NCBI GenBank assembly: GCA_964636085.1
Contig: CAZWPQ010000013.1
Location: 1-56,921 of the forward strand
Length of the DNA: 56,921 bases
Direction: 5' to 3'
DNA from: an uncultured Nitrososphaerota archaeon
Lineage (GTDB): Archaea; Asgardarchaeota; Njordarchaeia; Njordarchaeales; Panguiarchaeaceae
Both the position numbers and the translations under genes were made by a program. The notes beneath the pieces are model-generated. The model saw only the letters and a program-made list of their open reading frames with translations. It did not search any database and was not told the DNA's origin. This document shows positions 27,528 through 37,796 of the stretch, in pieces (within the stretch, counting starts at the first letter, position 1; each line of letters starts with the position of its first letter).

Positions 27528-28970
27528 TTAGCCAAGTAGGAAATATTTAAGTACGTATAGCACTTGGACAATGGCACCAACTCCCAGTGAGCCGCCACCA
27601 GACACACCCCTAAATAGTGACCACCAATTCTTTCTAACATTCACATTAAAAGTTTTTGCATAGACAACTCTGTCCTTCTCCATCACTATTATGGATATTG
27701 TCTTCATACCATACTTCTTGGGTACTAGGTTTACCCATACAGCGTCCCCTACTTGAAGTATCTTTGATAATGTGCCAACAACATCTTCTCCCTCCTTTGA
27801 GTATATTGGTAACTCATCAGAGACTATCTTGAATTCGCCCTTTGGGTCAAGTTTAACATCCACCACAAAACGATTAGGCTCGAAGTCTGGAGCCATAACT
27901 ATTACACGAACTGGTCTAGGCTTGTCCTTATACTCATCCGAGTTGTTGAATAAAAATATCAATGGCCTGACATTTCTTATACCCAAGACATCAGATTCTA
28001 CTGCAATATCGATAAAAAGATCCGAATCCTTGAAATACCTTAGGTTGTCTCGTAGTGTTAAAAATAGGCTACAAATAATCCTATGTACTTCACTCATATT
28101 TTTCTCTAGTCTCCTCATGATCCTAAGCAATTTTTTCTTACCAAAGTACTTATGATCGAGTATAAATTTTAATCTATCCTCCTTCACTAGCTCGGAAATC
28201 TCACTATCGAATACTTTATCATCTATCAGCTTTGGGAATTCGGATCGTAACATGGCCATTAGGAATATTTTCTCTACCGCTCTCTCCAGGGCCGTCTTCT
28301 CATCGATATCCTCCCTAATTTTTATTGACTCCTTGAGATCATATAGCCAGTCATCAAATTTTAGTAGTGTTAATGGATCCAATAGTGTCTGTATAGTATC
28401 CCTGAACATATTATCAATGTATATTGGACACTCGATGGGGGTATAGTATTCCATAATCCCCCCAGCAACTTCAAGAACTGCTTCTTTGGGTTGTTTAAAC
28501 AATATAGTTAGACCGAATCCCATGAATACGAGTCCAAGGGCTATATAGACCAAGGGTATTATCTGATATTTCACAGATACAAGAAAAGCTAGGAATGAAG
28601 ATATGACGGAGAGGAATATCCATATGGATAGAAGCCGCACTCTTTTAAGATTCCTCTCTATTTCATTTATGCCTCTTATAGAAATAACAGGATATCCTTT
28701 CTCCTTCAGATATTTAAGACCCAGACCAAATCCTGCACATGCTATTGTAGGCTCTAATAAAATTATGAGGGAATTGAGTATGAAAATAGCATATAATGAT
28801 AACATTATGATCAGTGCACCATTTGTTATAGAGAAGCTATAGTAGCCCATCACACCAACAAGCACGAATGGAAGTACCAGTTCGAGGTAATACCCAATCT
28901 TAACGATGTATCCATGCAGAATTTTTTCTAGGCTCTCTAATCCAGATAGGCCTCTTAGACGAATCGCCAT
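27528..28970 (-). CDS. Membrane protein of unknown function (4 N-terminal TMs, soluble region, beta-rich domain, C-terminal TM)
   Basis: Hydropathy pattern of a long ORF with GGGTG RBS. Confidence 0.65.
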   Translation of the reverse strand: MAIRLRGLSGLESLEKILHGYIVKIGYYLELVLPFVLVGVMGYYSFSITNGALIIMLSLYAIFILNSLIILLEPTIACAGFGLGLKYLKEKGYPVISIRGINEIERNLKRVRLLSIWIFLSVISSFLAFLVSVKYQIIPLVYIALGLVFMGFGLTILFKQPKEAVLEVAGGIMEYYTPIECPIYIDNMFRDTIQTLLDPLTLLKFDDWLYDLKESIKIREDIDEKTALERAVEKIFLMAMLRSEFPKLIDDKVFDSEISELVKEDRLKFILDHKYFGKKKLLRIMRRLEKNMSEVHRIICSLFLTLRDNLRYFKDSDLFIDIAVESDVLGIRNVRPLIFLFNNSDEYKDKPRPVRVIVMAPDFEPNRFVVDVKLDPKGEFKIVSDELPIYSKEGEDVVGTLSKILQVGDAVWVNLVPKKYGMKTISIIVMEKDRVVYAKTFNVNVRKNWWSLFRGVSGGGSLGVGAIVQVLYVLKYFLLG

Positions 28971-29058
28971 AAGGCATTGCACCCAATATATCACTACAAA
29001 AATTACTTAAAACATTCTCGAAGTCTCAACCCAAAAGTATAATGCGATATCCAGTTTT

Positions 29059-29829
29059 TCATGTGTTTATGCTACCAACTTTTACTGTTCTTCTATGTTT
29101 AAAGAAGACAAGAGTCAAGTAGACTTTTGAATTTTTCGTGGCCAGAATCGCTATAGGTAACATGTACTTCATTAACCCATTCCATATATCCAGATCAGAT
29201 GGCATAATATTGCCCGTTGGATGCGTATGTAGTAGTATTAGACTTCTCTTATTGTATCTTTTGGATGCCAAATGTAACTCATTTATATTCCTCTTAATGT
29301 TTATATGATTGCTTGATGGATATCTTATCGTTACTGGAATAAAATCCTTTATCAGAAAACCCTTCTCCACGCCATCTAGCATATAGGTTAGAAACCCTAT
29401 GGCCTCTAGCTTAACAATATGAGTTTTTGCAGCAAAATCGATTAATAACTTCCTAACTGGTTCAGGCATTGTTATCTTCATAGAATCGATTGGGGCAAAT
29501 AAATAACTAAATTTTTTCCTTACCAACCTGAATACCTCGTCGTCTACATCGATACCTATAATCCTGAGATACTTGAAAAGCCGATTGGCAACAGATTCTT
29601 TGTCGACTGCATAGAAGAAGAATATCTGATTAACAATAAACTTTAGTAGGTGGCCAAAATTCGAGCCATTGTAGCTGGATACAATACTATCGAGGGTTTC
29701 TTTCAAGTTCAAAAGGGGAGGAGCATCTTTAACCGCCATAGATAGCTTCTCTAGTACATAACTAATGTCTTCACGGTTTATTATGTAGTTCTTTTTAATA
29801 TCACCCTCGAATTTCTCTATTAATATCAC
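29059..29829 (-). CDS. JAB/MPN+ (JAMM) metalloprotease domain protein with an N-terminal helical extension
   Basis: EAIGFL...HTHPTGNIMPSDLD is an intact E..HxH-x7-S-x2-D motif. Confidence 0.8.
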   Translation of the reverse strand: MILIEKFEGDIKKNYIINREDISYVLEKLSMAVKDAPPLLNLKETLDSIVSSYNGSNFGHLLKFIVNQIFFFYAVDKESVANRLFKYLRIIGIDVDDEVFRLVRKKFSYLFAPIDSMKITMPEPVRKLLIDFAAKTHIVKLEAIGFLTYMLDGVEKGFLIKDFIPVTIRYPSSNHINIKRNINELHLASKRYNKRSLILLHTHPTGNIMPSDLDIWNGLMKYMLPIAILATKNSKVYLTLVFFKHRRTVKVGSINT

Positions 29830-29932
29830 CAGCTAAGTATCTGCATCGAAGGATTAATTATTATTCATATAAGATGCTATAAACGCTTTAAAAAAGAATG
29901 TATGAAAATATACGAATTACACTCTCTTATAC

Positions 29933-31222
29933 TCACTTGGATGCCTTTGAGGACAGCTCATCGTATTCTTCAACATACCTTAGTTTATTGCCTAGAAGGT
30001 CATTTATTGCCTCATTTACCGTTTCTTTGTCCGTGGTATATGTATCGACACTATACGCCTTCAACAATTCGAAGGATATCTCATCAACATCCTTAACAAT
30101 TATACAGTCCACATTGTTTCCAGCCAACTTTTTGCATATACGCACCTCCCAACTACCGTTTGTGGTATTAGTCTTATCAAAGGAAGCTACTATATCATAT
30201 CTCCTAGCTTTTGGATCTACAGACACAATCATATATTTCTTAGCTTTTTCTAGATTATCTGCTATTTTTGCCTGCAACCCGTCCCCCTCAATAATTGGTA
30301 TTGCACAAATGATTTTATTCTCGGGTAATGGTTCAACTTCAAGAACTAGATCCTGAAGAGCAGGTATTTCCCTATATATTTCTTGCTCGATCTTAGATAC
30401 GATTTCATCTATATCTTCAATCCTCATTTCCTCAGGAGCATATATCACGGCATCGCCAAAAATAAAAGGGCCTCCCCTTCGTAACCTTATTTGACCTGCC
30501 TTTAGAGGGGAATGCTTCTCGATAATCCCTCTAATCTTGGCAATTAGTTCTGGCTTCTCCCATTTATCCAGTAGATTTTTAAAGGGTTCCTTAGCCACTC
30601 TAAATGCTGTCAGCAATATAAATGACCCCACGACAGCAGTGGCATACCCCTCAAAAGGATGAGAATACATGCCATTCATCAAAATGCTTGCCGACACGAA
30701 TAAAGCAATTATTACGTCTATGTGAAAATCTTTTAGGCTAATTGCCAGAGGTTCTATGTTTAGGTGTTTATAGATATTTCTCTGCCTTATTGCGTATATA
30801 AGCATTATTATTCCCATCGCCGCTTCTATCGCCGAAACAATTATATAATCGCTACAGCCCATATATTGATTATTAACCGCATTAATGCCAAACCAAATTA
30901 TGAATATTGACAGTACCATAAAACATATAGACATAATTAGGGACAATAAATCCTCAAGACGATAGTAACCATAAGGAAAAGTGCCGTTAGGCCTCCTATA
31001 TATCATACGGAGTGATAGATACACTACTAGTACTAGCAAGATATCGGATAAAGAATTAAACGATTCTGCCATAATAGCTATACTACCATATACCAAGCCA
31101 ACAACGAATTTTATACAGAACAATATCAACAGGAACACAATAGTATTTAGTGCTATGCCCAACAGATCGGATATATCTGGGGGTTTATCATCCCGTTGTT
31201 CTGACAACTCAGATTTCACCAT
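29933..31222 (-). CDS. Cation diffusion facilitator with a C-terminal NifX/NifB-like domain
   Basis: GSIAIMAESFNSLSD, FPYGYYRLE, ZT-dimer region and C-terminal ICAIPI...KKL...VDCIIV. Confidence 0.9.
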   Translation of the reverse strand: MVKSELSEQRDDKPPDISDLLGIALNTIVFLLILFCIKFVVGLVYGSIAIMAESFNSLSDILLVLVVYLSLRMIYRRPNGTFPYGYYRLEDLLSLIMSICFMVLSIFIIWFGINAVNNQYMGCSDYIIVSAIEAAMGIIMLIYAIRQRNIYKHLNIEPLAISLKDFHIDVIIALFVSASILMNGMYSHPFEGYATAVVGSFILLTAFRVAKEPFKNLLDKWEKPELIAKIRGIIEKHSPLKAGQIRLRRGGPFIFGDAVIYAPEEMRIEDIDEIVSKIEQEIYREIPALQDLVLEVEPLPENKIICAIPIIEGDGLQAKIADNLEKAKKYMIVSVDPKARRYDIVASFDKTNTTNGSWEVRICKKLAGNNVDCIIVKDVDEISFELLKAYSVDTYTTDKETVNEAINDLLGNKLRYVEEYDELSSKASK

Positions 31223-31440
31223 CTGCAGAAGATCCCCATAGATTTATTCTCATATCTTACCAATATACATCTATATTATCCAAATATATTAAAGCAATAT
31301 ATATAAGCCCTATCACACATCTTGGATATATATAAACGTTAAAGTTATTTGAAGATGGAAGTACACGCAACCAAAAACATGTCCTCTACACTACTATGGA
31401 TTTCCTTTACACATGTATAACAATGTAAGTATTAAACCTT

Positions 31441-32997
31441 TTATTTGCCCTTCAGCCTAGCCTCATTTATCGCCAATAACGAAAATAATAATGTCAGAAC
31501 AGTCGCTACCACAGCTATCATCTTTGCAAGAAATGTAGAGCTATTTAAAGCCAAAAATATGTTCAATAGTATCACTATTGATAGAAAAAAAATTGCTGTT
31601 TTTATTCTCTTACCGCCCCTTGGATCATTCAACAACCATGGCAGTACTAGTATAAATACTCCTCCTCCAGCATTACCCGCTACCCCTAGAGCGTCTGTTG
31701 CAAAGCGAGTCACATTAAATATTTCCAGCAACGTCGCTATTATAGCTATGGCAACTGTTGTGAATAGCCATATATAATCAGGATCCATTTCGAAATCCAG
31801 ATTTATACATTCAGCCAATGTGTCTGTGAATCCTGTATATGCCACGGATACTGATACTAGTGCAAAAATGTTTGCAGAGATTACCGTAGTGTATCCCAGG
31901 GTTGTTAGTCCGATGTAGGTTAGTTGTTTTGATAGGGATATGAATGCATGTTCCCTATTCAAATCAGATTCTATGAGAATGACTTTATCAACCGCTGAGA
32001 TTATGAGTATTGTGAAGGCTATATATGTAAGCATTGCGAGCATCGTAGCCATAAGAACCGCTTTCTTACCCCTTGACAAGTTATTGGCTATCCAGTTGTA
32101 TGCTAAAATGTTATATATCCCGGACCCAACATACATGAAAATTATTATTGTTATTGAGTATATCAAAGACGCAATATCACTCGGAAATACAGGTATTGTA
32201 CCTACAAAGCCAACATTCGTATATATAAGTATAAAACCTATTGCAGGGATTAGTAGAATCAATGATATTTTTATTATTGTTAAATACGATGATACCTTAT
32301 GCTTAGGTAAAAGATCCGCTATATCGTAGATATCCATGTATATGCCAAATATTTTCTCGGGATAAAACTCTCCTATTACTAATGACAGAACAAAAAATAG
32401 TGACGATACCACAATGCATATATCCTGACCCTCAATTAAACCAACGACTCCTATTCCGACAAGCCAGATTGATACCATTAATACAAATTTGGATGCAAAA
32501 ACTTCATGAAGATGAAGCATACGCTTTCTGAATCTACACATAAAAAACGTGGCGAAAAACGTGGCGAGACACAATACTATGCCTATAAATATCAGTATCT
32601 TATCCGTAGTGGCGGATAAGATAGAGGATAGTGCATGAATACTTTTCATTCCATATAGTACATAGACTATATCCGCAGGAATCACATACAGCAAAAGCCC
32701 AATGGTAAATGCCGATTTACTATATTTTCCAAGTCCTGATGAATACATCGCATGGTCATAAAGTATTAGGCCTGCTGGTACTTTCGCAGCATCTCTTATA
32801 GATATGGATATACTATCTAGTATACGTAAGTACACAATATGAAAAATTAGGCCAAAAAGTACCAATGAAAATATTAGTAGCGGGAGACCCATGTCCCTAG
32901 CAGCAAATGGTAACGCTAGAATCCCTCCCCCTATTATGATACCAGCCACATAGAAGCCTAATAAAATATCTTTAGCCCTCTCGCCATTAGACATCAT
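31441..32997 (-). CDS. Amino acid permease (aromatic amino acid / APC superfamily)
   Basis: TM1 motif GIIIGGGILALPF and more than 12 TM helices. Confidence 0.75.
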   Translation of the reverse strand: MMSNGERAKDILLGFYVAGIIIGGGILALPFAARDMGLPLLIFSLVLFGLIFHIVYLRILDSISISIRDAAKVPAGLILYDHAMYSSGLGKYSKSAFTIGLLLYVIPADIVYVLYGMKSIHALSSILSATTDKILIFIGIVLCLATFFATFFMCRFRKRMLHLHEVFASKFVLMVSIWLVGIGVVGLIEGQDICIVVSSLFFVLSLVIGEFYPEKIFGIYMDIYDIADLLPKHKVSSYLTIIKISLILLIPAIGFILIYTNVGFVGTIPVFPSDIASLIYSITIIIFMYVGSGIYNILAYNWIANNLSRGKKAVLMATMLAMLTYIAFTILIISAVDKVILIESDLNREHAFISLSKQLTYIGLTTLGYTTVISANIFALVSVSVAYTGFTDTLAECINLDFEMDPDYIWLFTTVAIAIIATLLEIFNVTRFATDALGVAGNAGGGVFILVLPWLLNDPRGGKRIKTAIFFLSIVILLNIFLALNSSTFLAKMIAVVATVLTLLFSLLAINEARLKGK

Positions 32998-33152
32998 TAC
33001 TGCCTATATACCAATAATAGAGTAAAAACAAATATTTAACTGTTCACATCGCAGCTTTCTATGCATGTAATTGACGTATTCTTCATGGCCTCTATGTAAA
33101 ACTGCTTGGATCCCATGGAATGAGGAATAGATTCGTATTACGCAAAGAATCA

Positions 33153-33929
33153 CTATTTCGACTTATAGTCTCCTATAAGCACCTCAAATAAAAAACCGAA
33201 CATAATGAAGAAGCCTACTGCTAGGGGGATCCAATACACCGATGGTTCGGGAATATATCGCGACAATGAGACAGCAACAAAATCGATGATTCCGTGTAGA
33301 AATGAGCATATCCATATATCGCCCGTTATCTCTCTCACTACGCCAAAAAGAATACCAAAGAACGATGCAACGATAGCTATAATGATTATCGAGGTTGTGA
33401 TATCTACATAACCCTCCCTTATATTCACGGCATTAATTAGGTGTATTGGGCCAAAAATAAGGGCTCCAGCAATTAGGGTTCCTTGGTGCCATTCCACATC
33501 ATAACCCATAAATCTTCTACATGTCTTTGTGAAATGCTCATTGAGTCTCGACTGTATATAGCCCCTAAACATTATCTCCTCAGCTATGCCGACAAATATT
33601 ATATACCATATAAACTCTAGCAGGAGCCCACCATCACTCGGAATACCTACATATATAACTACCATAAACAGCGCGGGAATAAGAAATATAGCCAATATGA
33701 TGAGAACCCATCTTATGTCTAGCCATAGATCATGTGGTATGAGGCCGTATTCTCTTTGTTTTCTTCTGACCAGAATCACTCCCACGCTTAGTGCTATCAT
33801 GTATCCTTTCTTAAGCCAAGAAGCAATCGATGGACACACCAACAGATCTATAATAAATGCAATAATAATAAAACCAGCAAGAAAAACAGTAACCTCTATT
33901 AGTGCACCAACCCTTTGATTCACAACCAA
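33153..33929 (-). CDS. CPBP (Abi/CAAX-II) intramembrane glutamic endopeptidase
   Basis: EEIMFRG, FGPIH and HGIID motifs. Confidence 0.9.
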   Translation of the reverse strand: MVVNQRVGALIEVTVFLAGFIIIAFIIDLLVCPSIASWLKKGYMIALSVGVILVRRKQREYGLIPHDLWLDIRWVLIILAIFLIPALFMVVIYVGIPSDGGLLLEFIWYIIFVGIAEEIMFRGYIQSRLNEHFTKTCRRFMGYDVEWHQGTLIAGALIFGPIHLINAVNIREGYVDITTSIIIIAIVASFFGILFGVVREITGDIWICSFLHGIIDFVAVSLSRYIPEPSVYWIPLAVGFFIMFGFLFEVLIGDYKSK

Positions 33930-34018
33930 AACCCAGCAACTAACTATCTCTCAAAAGTTAGTAAAAGTTTTATTAAAGCCATACATATAGGGCTATATTC
34001 AACTTAGCGATTAGTTGG

Positions 34019-35215
34019 TTATGGGACGAAGTCAGCATCATATAGGGCCCACTCGAATATCTCTATGAATTTTTTCTCCCAGTTCGGTTCACCAATATAC
34101 TGAAGAAGTCTCTCTGCTGGTGTTTTGCCTTCCTTGACAAAGGACTTGAACTTGTCCATTACAATTTTAATATTACTACTTGTCTCTGCAAGAACATCTA
34201 TATACTCACCAAGATAATCGATGAGCCACAGAAGAGCATCCTTTACACTCATAGACTCATACATATACCTTGGCCAGAACTCTCCCTTAACTTTTGGCAA
34301 TAGAGACTTCGACACCGTCGTCGTCATAGCATTAAATCCATGTCTAATTACTCTATTCCTTAATATCCATATACTCTTAAATATGGATCTGTCCACATGC
34401 CTAAACGCATCCTCATTGTCTGCTACAAATCTTCCAATAGCCGATATCATAAGCCATATAGCCCTGATTATCAGGAGGGAGGGAACTGTATCAAATGCTC
34501 TTATCTCGACTGTGGATTTTCTACTCAGCATGAAATATGCTTCCTCTTTTGTCAGGGGGGCTATATCCAAAAGCCTTGGGTTATATGGGTATGGGTGATG
34601 TATACCTAGCTCCGATGACATCCTTTTCATCTCTTCTAAGATGTACTCAAAATCATAGGTCTCCTCACCAATATGAACGGGTGGAAAAAGGGCTGTTGCC
34701 ATTATATAACGGTCATCTAAGAATGACCTTCTACGGTTAAGATATCCACTTGAAGCTGCGCAGGGGGATAATATTAGATATACCATAGAATAAACATTGT
34801 AATATGGTAATCTCTCCTCCCTTCTCAAAAACCCGCCCCTCCAGGAGTAATGAAAATGCATTGCACATGTTTCACCAGGGCGTAGCCCCCTTTTATCTGG
34901 AACAATTGGTGGAAGTGCGATTGGACAGGGATATATCCCTATCTCCACCGAGTTTTTCCAGAGCTTACTTAGAAATGTCTGTATTTCATTAGTAAAATAG
35001 TCGAACTCGACATCCCAAAATGGCTTAAAGTTTATCTCCAGTATGGAAGGATAAAGCTCTTTTACGACACGTGTTAAACCGAGCTCAGAGCCGCGCGGGC
35101 CTCTCTCCGTTTTTGGCAGTATCCTCATTATTCTTCTAAAGGCATCTACAGGCTCGAGCTTTTCATTTAGCAATAATAATTCTACTTCAAAACCTATGAG
35201 ACCTTGCTTCCTCAT
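34019..35215 (-). CDS. GCS2/YbdK-family carboxylate-amine ligase (glutamate--cysteine ligase / glutamine synthetase fold)
   Basis: IGFEVEL, KELYPSILEIN, MHFH, conserved R and TVEIRAFD. Its ATG overlaps the upstream stop (TAATG at 35217-35213). Confidence 0.8.
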   Translation of the reverse strand: MRKQGLIGFEVELLLLNEKLEPVDAFRRIMRILPKTERGPRGSELGLTRVVKELYPSILEINFKPFWDVEFDYFTNEIQTFLSKLWKNSVEIGIYPCPIALPPIVPDKRGLRPGETCAMHFHYSWRGGFLRREERLPYYNVYSMVYLILSPCAASSGYLNRRRSFLDDRYIMATALFPPVHIGEETYDFEYILEEMKRMSSELGIHHPYPYNPRLLDIAPLTKEEAYFMLSRKSTVEIRAFDTVPSLLIIRAIWLMISAIGRFVADNEDAFRHVDRSIFKSIWILRNRVIRHGFNAMTTTVSKSLLPKVKGEFWPRYMYESMSVKDALLWLIDYLGEYIDVLAETSSNIKIVMDKFKSFVKEGKTPAERLLQYIGEPNWEKKFIEIFEWALYDADFVP

Positions 35216-36285
35216 TATCCCCACCCCTCATCAACAGATCTAAAATCTGCATAGCCACGACACTTCTTAATTAGCCCAAGCGGTGTCTTGGCCCTCAACA
35301 TAATCCCACCAAACATATGGGCTACTCTCGCTAGGTTGTCAAACCCTCTACCTATTCCAACCCAAAATGTTCTCCACACACCATTCGATATCTCACTAAA
35401 CTCTGAGACTAGCTCCTTAATGACATTATCATTCACAGAGACATCTCTCGCTTGTATCACCAATAAACAATTAAGCGCCATGCCACCTAAACCTCTTTTC
35501 TTAAAGCTTTCTATAATTTTTTCTAGCGCTAATTCTAGGTTTGGTTCATTGACCCTGCTTATTATCATATTCGTTACGAATTTAGGTATCAGTTTTGTCA
35601 TGAACCACCTCAATTTTGGATCGATCGCAATCCAGTTCAATAATATATCTACATCATCAGCATAGCTAAAAATAGCGGCATTATTTGCCCTCCTTAGATT
35701 ATATTCCAACAACACTTTAGATATCTCCCTAGCTATATCTATTTTACGGTGCCTATTCCAATACTCCAGCATGCTAGAACTAGCATCTATAGCTACTGCC
35801 AGATTCATAGGGCCAGAAAACATGAGCTCTATTTTTGTGTCCTTAGTAATCCTATAAACCTCTCCAGCATTAGCACCTTTGATATCAATTACCCTAAAAG
35901 AGGCTCTCGGTGATATGGGGACTTCATCATCGAGGACTACATATAGGGCCGTCATCTCACGATAAAAGTTGATCCAATCGGATATATCCCCAATAACAAA
36001 CACTGTTGCCTCTTCTGCATTTCTAATGTCCTCGATAATCCTAAAGGTTCTTTCCTCCCCAATCTCTAGACCTAACCTATACATAATCGTCATTGGTAGG
36101 GCTATCTCGCCTTCCCTAACAAGATTAGAAAACTCTACTCTAATCGGAGCTATTGAGAACATATCATCAATAATTATCTGTCCAGCGTCAAGACCAAATT
36201 GTTGCGCTGTGTTGGGATTTATCCAGCCTATATTTCTATAGACATTCTTTCCCAGTGCGACCCTCAGCCGAATCATTTTTCTCAT
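35215..36285 (-). CDS. Cdc48/p97 N-terminal domain - von Willebrand factor A (vWA) fusion protein
   Basis: Residues ~1-155 follow the Cdc48_N/Cdc48_2 pattern (LRVA...IGWINP....GL..G, GEIAL..IMYRLGLEIGE, FRVI...YRITKDTKIE). Then NLAVAIDASSSM (MIDAS DxSxS) starts a vWA fold ending VGIG..LARVA...GG. Confidence 0.75.
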   Translation of the reverse strand: MRKMIRLRVALGKNVYRNIGWINPNTAQQFGLDAGQIIIDDMFSIAPIRVEFSNLVREGEIALPMTIMYRLGLEIGEERTFRIIEDIRNAEEATVFVIGDISDWINFYREMTALYVVLDDEVPISPRASFRVIDIKGANAGEVYRITKDTKIELMFSGPMNLAVAIDASSSMLEYWNRHRKIDIAREISKVLLEYNLRRANNAAIFSYADDVDILLNWIAIDPKLRWFMTKLIPKFVTNMIISRVNEPNLELALEKIIESFKKRGLGGMALNCLLVIQARDVSVNDNVIKELVSEFSEISNGVWRTFWVGIGRGFDNLARVAHMFGGIMLRAKTPLGLIKKCRGYADFRSVDEGWG

Positions 36286-36382
36286 CCAAGAATAAACAAT
36301 ATATTCAATTATTTATACAAAAAGCTGGAAACACCATCAAAACCCTCAATCTGTGCAGAAAACCTTGTCTAAGACATAGAAT

Positions 36383-37756
36383 TCATATATACTTGATGTC
36401 ATAACTGAAAGCATCATAATATATGTTCCCTTTATCCCATTCGAGCTCTCCTCTCTGGTTATCCACCGGATCAGATCTTATATGTTTCTTGTTGGGGTAA
36501 AAATTGGCCATTATATCAACATTAAAGATTGTCCTGAAGCTGTCGATGTTTCCGAAATAGAAATTATATACTCGTGGATCCCTGTTCCTCCAATATCTCC
36601 CGAATGAGAGATCAGCATATAGCCAACCGTACGGCTCCACATAGAATTGGGCCCAGTCATGTGGGGATGGACCATCTAGTCTTGGATTTGCATACCAACC
36701 ACTCTGCCATCTTGCAGGTATTCCAGATACCCTACATAGGGTAATGAACAGAATTGCATGAAAACCACAGTCGCCCCTGAGGTTCCTAGATACATATTCT
36801 GATATACTCTCGAATGTCGAGTATTCTGGAACATATGTATATGTCATGTTTTTGGTTACCCACTCATATATTTTATGTGCCCTTAGGTATGGGTTTTCTT
36901 CATCCCCCACGATCTCGTTAGCCAAATTCTTTATATACCTACTGAACACAATATGTGGTGGTTGCTCAGCAGTGTACTTTTGGTATAGGTCTGTCTCAAC
37001 ATTGTATGGAGCAACACTTCTTGGGTTTATAATTCTATAAAACGCTCTCACAGTATACTCAAACTCAACCCAAAAATTCAGGCTAGCATCTCCTAACGCC
37101 TTTTGTTCAAAATATATTGTTCTTTGTGGATGGTCTTTTGGGGCCAGAATATAATTTTCTGGACTACAGGATAATAGCTTGACCGACTCCTGAAGATCCC
37201 CAACCCGAGGGAATGGAAGCCAACACCTAATAATTTCGCCCTCTGGGACGACGCCAAATTTTAGTGTTACTTTCATACGAACCCTCACCCTCCTGGGATT
37301 AACAAAGCCTTGTCTCCCCTCATTAACAATTCTATTGATATGCGATCTGAGTTCCTCTCTTATATGGTATTGTCTTTCCGAAATTTCATTCCTCTTTTGG
37401 ATGCATATATCGTCATCACATAGAAAGAGAAGATTGCGTACGAACCTCTCAAAGTAATATCTCTTTCCCTCAACTACTATATAATCTATGTATCCCTTGC
37501 TTATCCACTCATGTATTATTTCCTTAGATATATTTGGGAATTCTGAATACAAAAGATCTAATGCATCCTCTTCACTAATCGGATAACTCTTTTTTAACCG
37601 CTCTATTCTCTCTAATTCGTATTCTAGCCTATATCTAAGATCATTCGGTATCTCCTTGCCTAGCAGAAAATATATCCTCTTTATTGCCGCTCTGTAATTA
37701 CCAGAATGTTCAAGCTGTAGAATGTCCTCTGGCAAACGTGCATATCGATACTTCAT
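36383..37756 (-). CDS. Transglutaminase-like superfamily protein
   Basis: GDCGFHA...CRVSGIPAR, HDWAQFY and GWLYAD give the Cys-His-Asp triad. No signal peptide. Confidence 0.9.
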   Translation of the reverse strand: MKYRYARLPEDILQLEHSGNYRAAIKRIYFLLGKEIPNDLRYRLEYELERIERLKKSYPISEEDALDLLYSEFPNISKEIIHEWISKGYIDYIVVEGKRYYFERFVRNLLFLCDDDICIQKRNEISERQYHIREELRSHINRIVNEGRQGFVNPRRVRVRMKVTLKFGVVPEGEIIRCWLPFPRVGDLQESVKLLSCSPENYILAPKDHPQRTIYFEQKALGDASLNFWVEFEYTVRAFYRIINPRSVAPYNVETDLYQKYTAEQPPHIVFSRYIKNLANEIVGDEENPYLRAHKIYEWVTKNMTYTYVPEYSTFESISEYVSRNLRGDCGFHAILFITLCRVSGIPARWQSGWYANPRLDGPSPHDWAQFYVEPYGWLYADLSFGRYWRNRDPRVYNFYFGNIDSFRTIFNVDIMANFYPNKKHIRSDPVDNQRGELEWDKGNIYYDAFSYDIKYI

Positions 37757-37796
37757 AATACTCCCTCAACAAAAATTAGAAACTAACATATACAGA

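Noticed and set aside
32543-32566. 12-bp tandem duplication AAAAACGTGGCG
   Set aside because: An in-frame micro-duplication within a TM helix (ATFFATFF), not a regulatory or CRISPR repeat.
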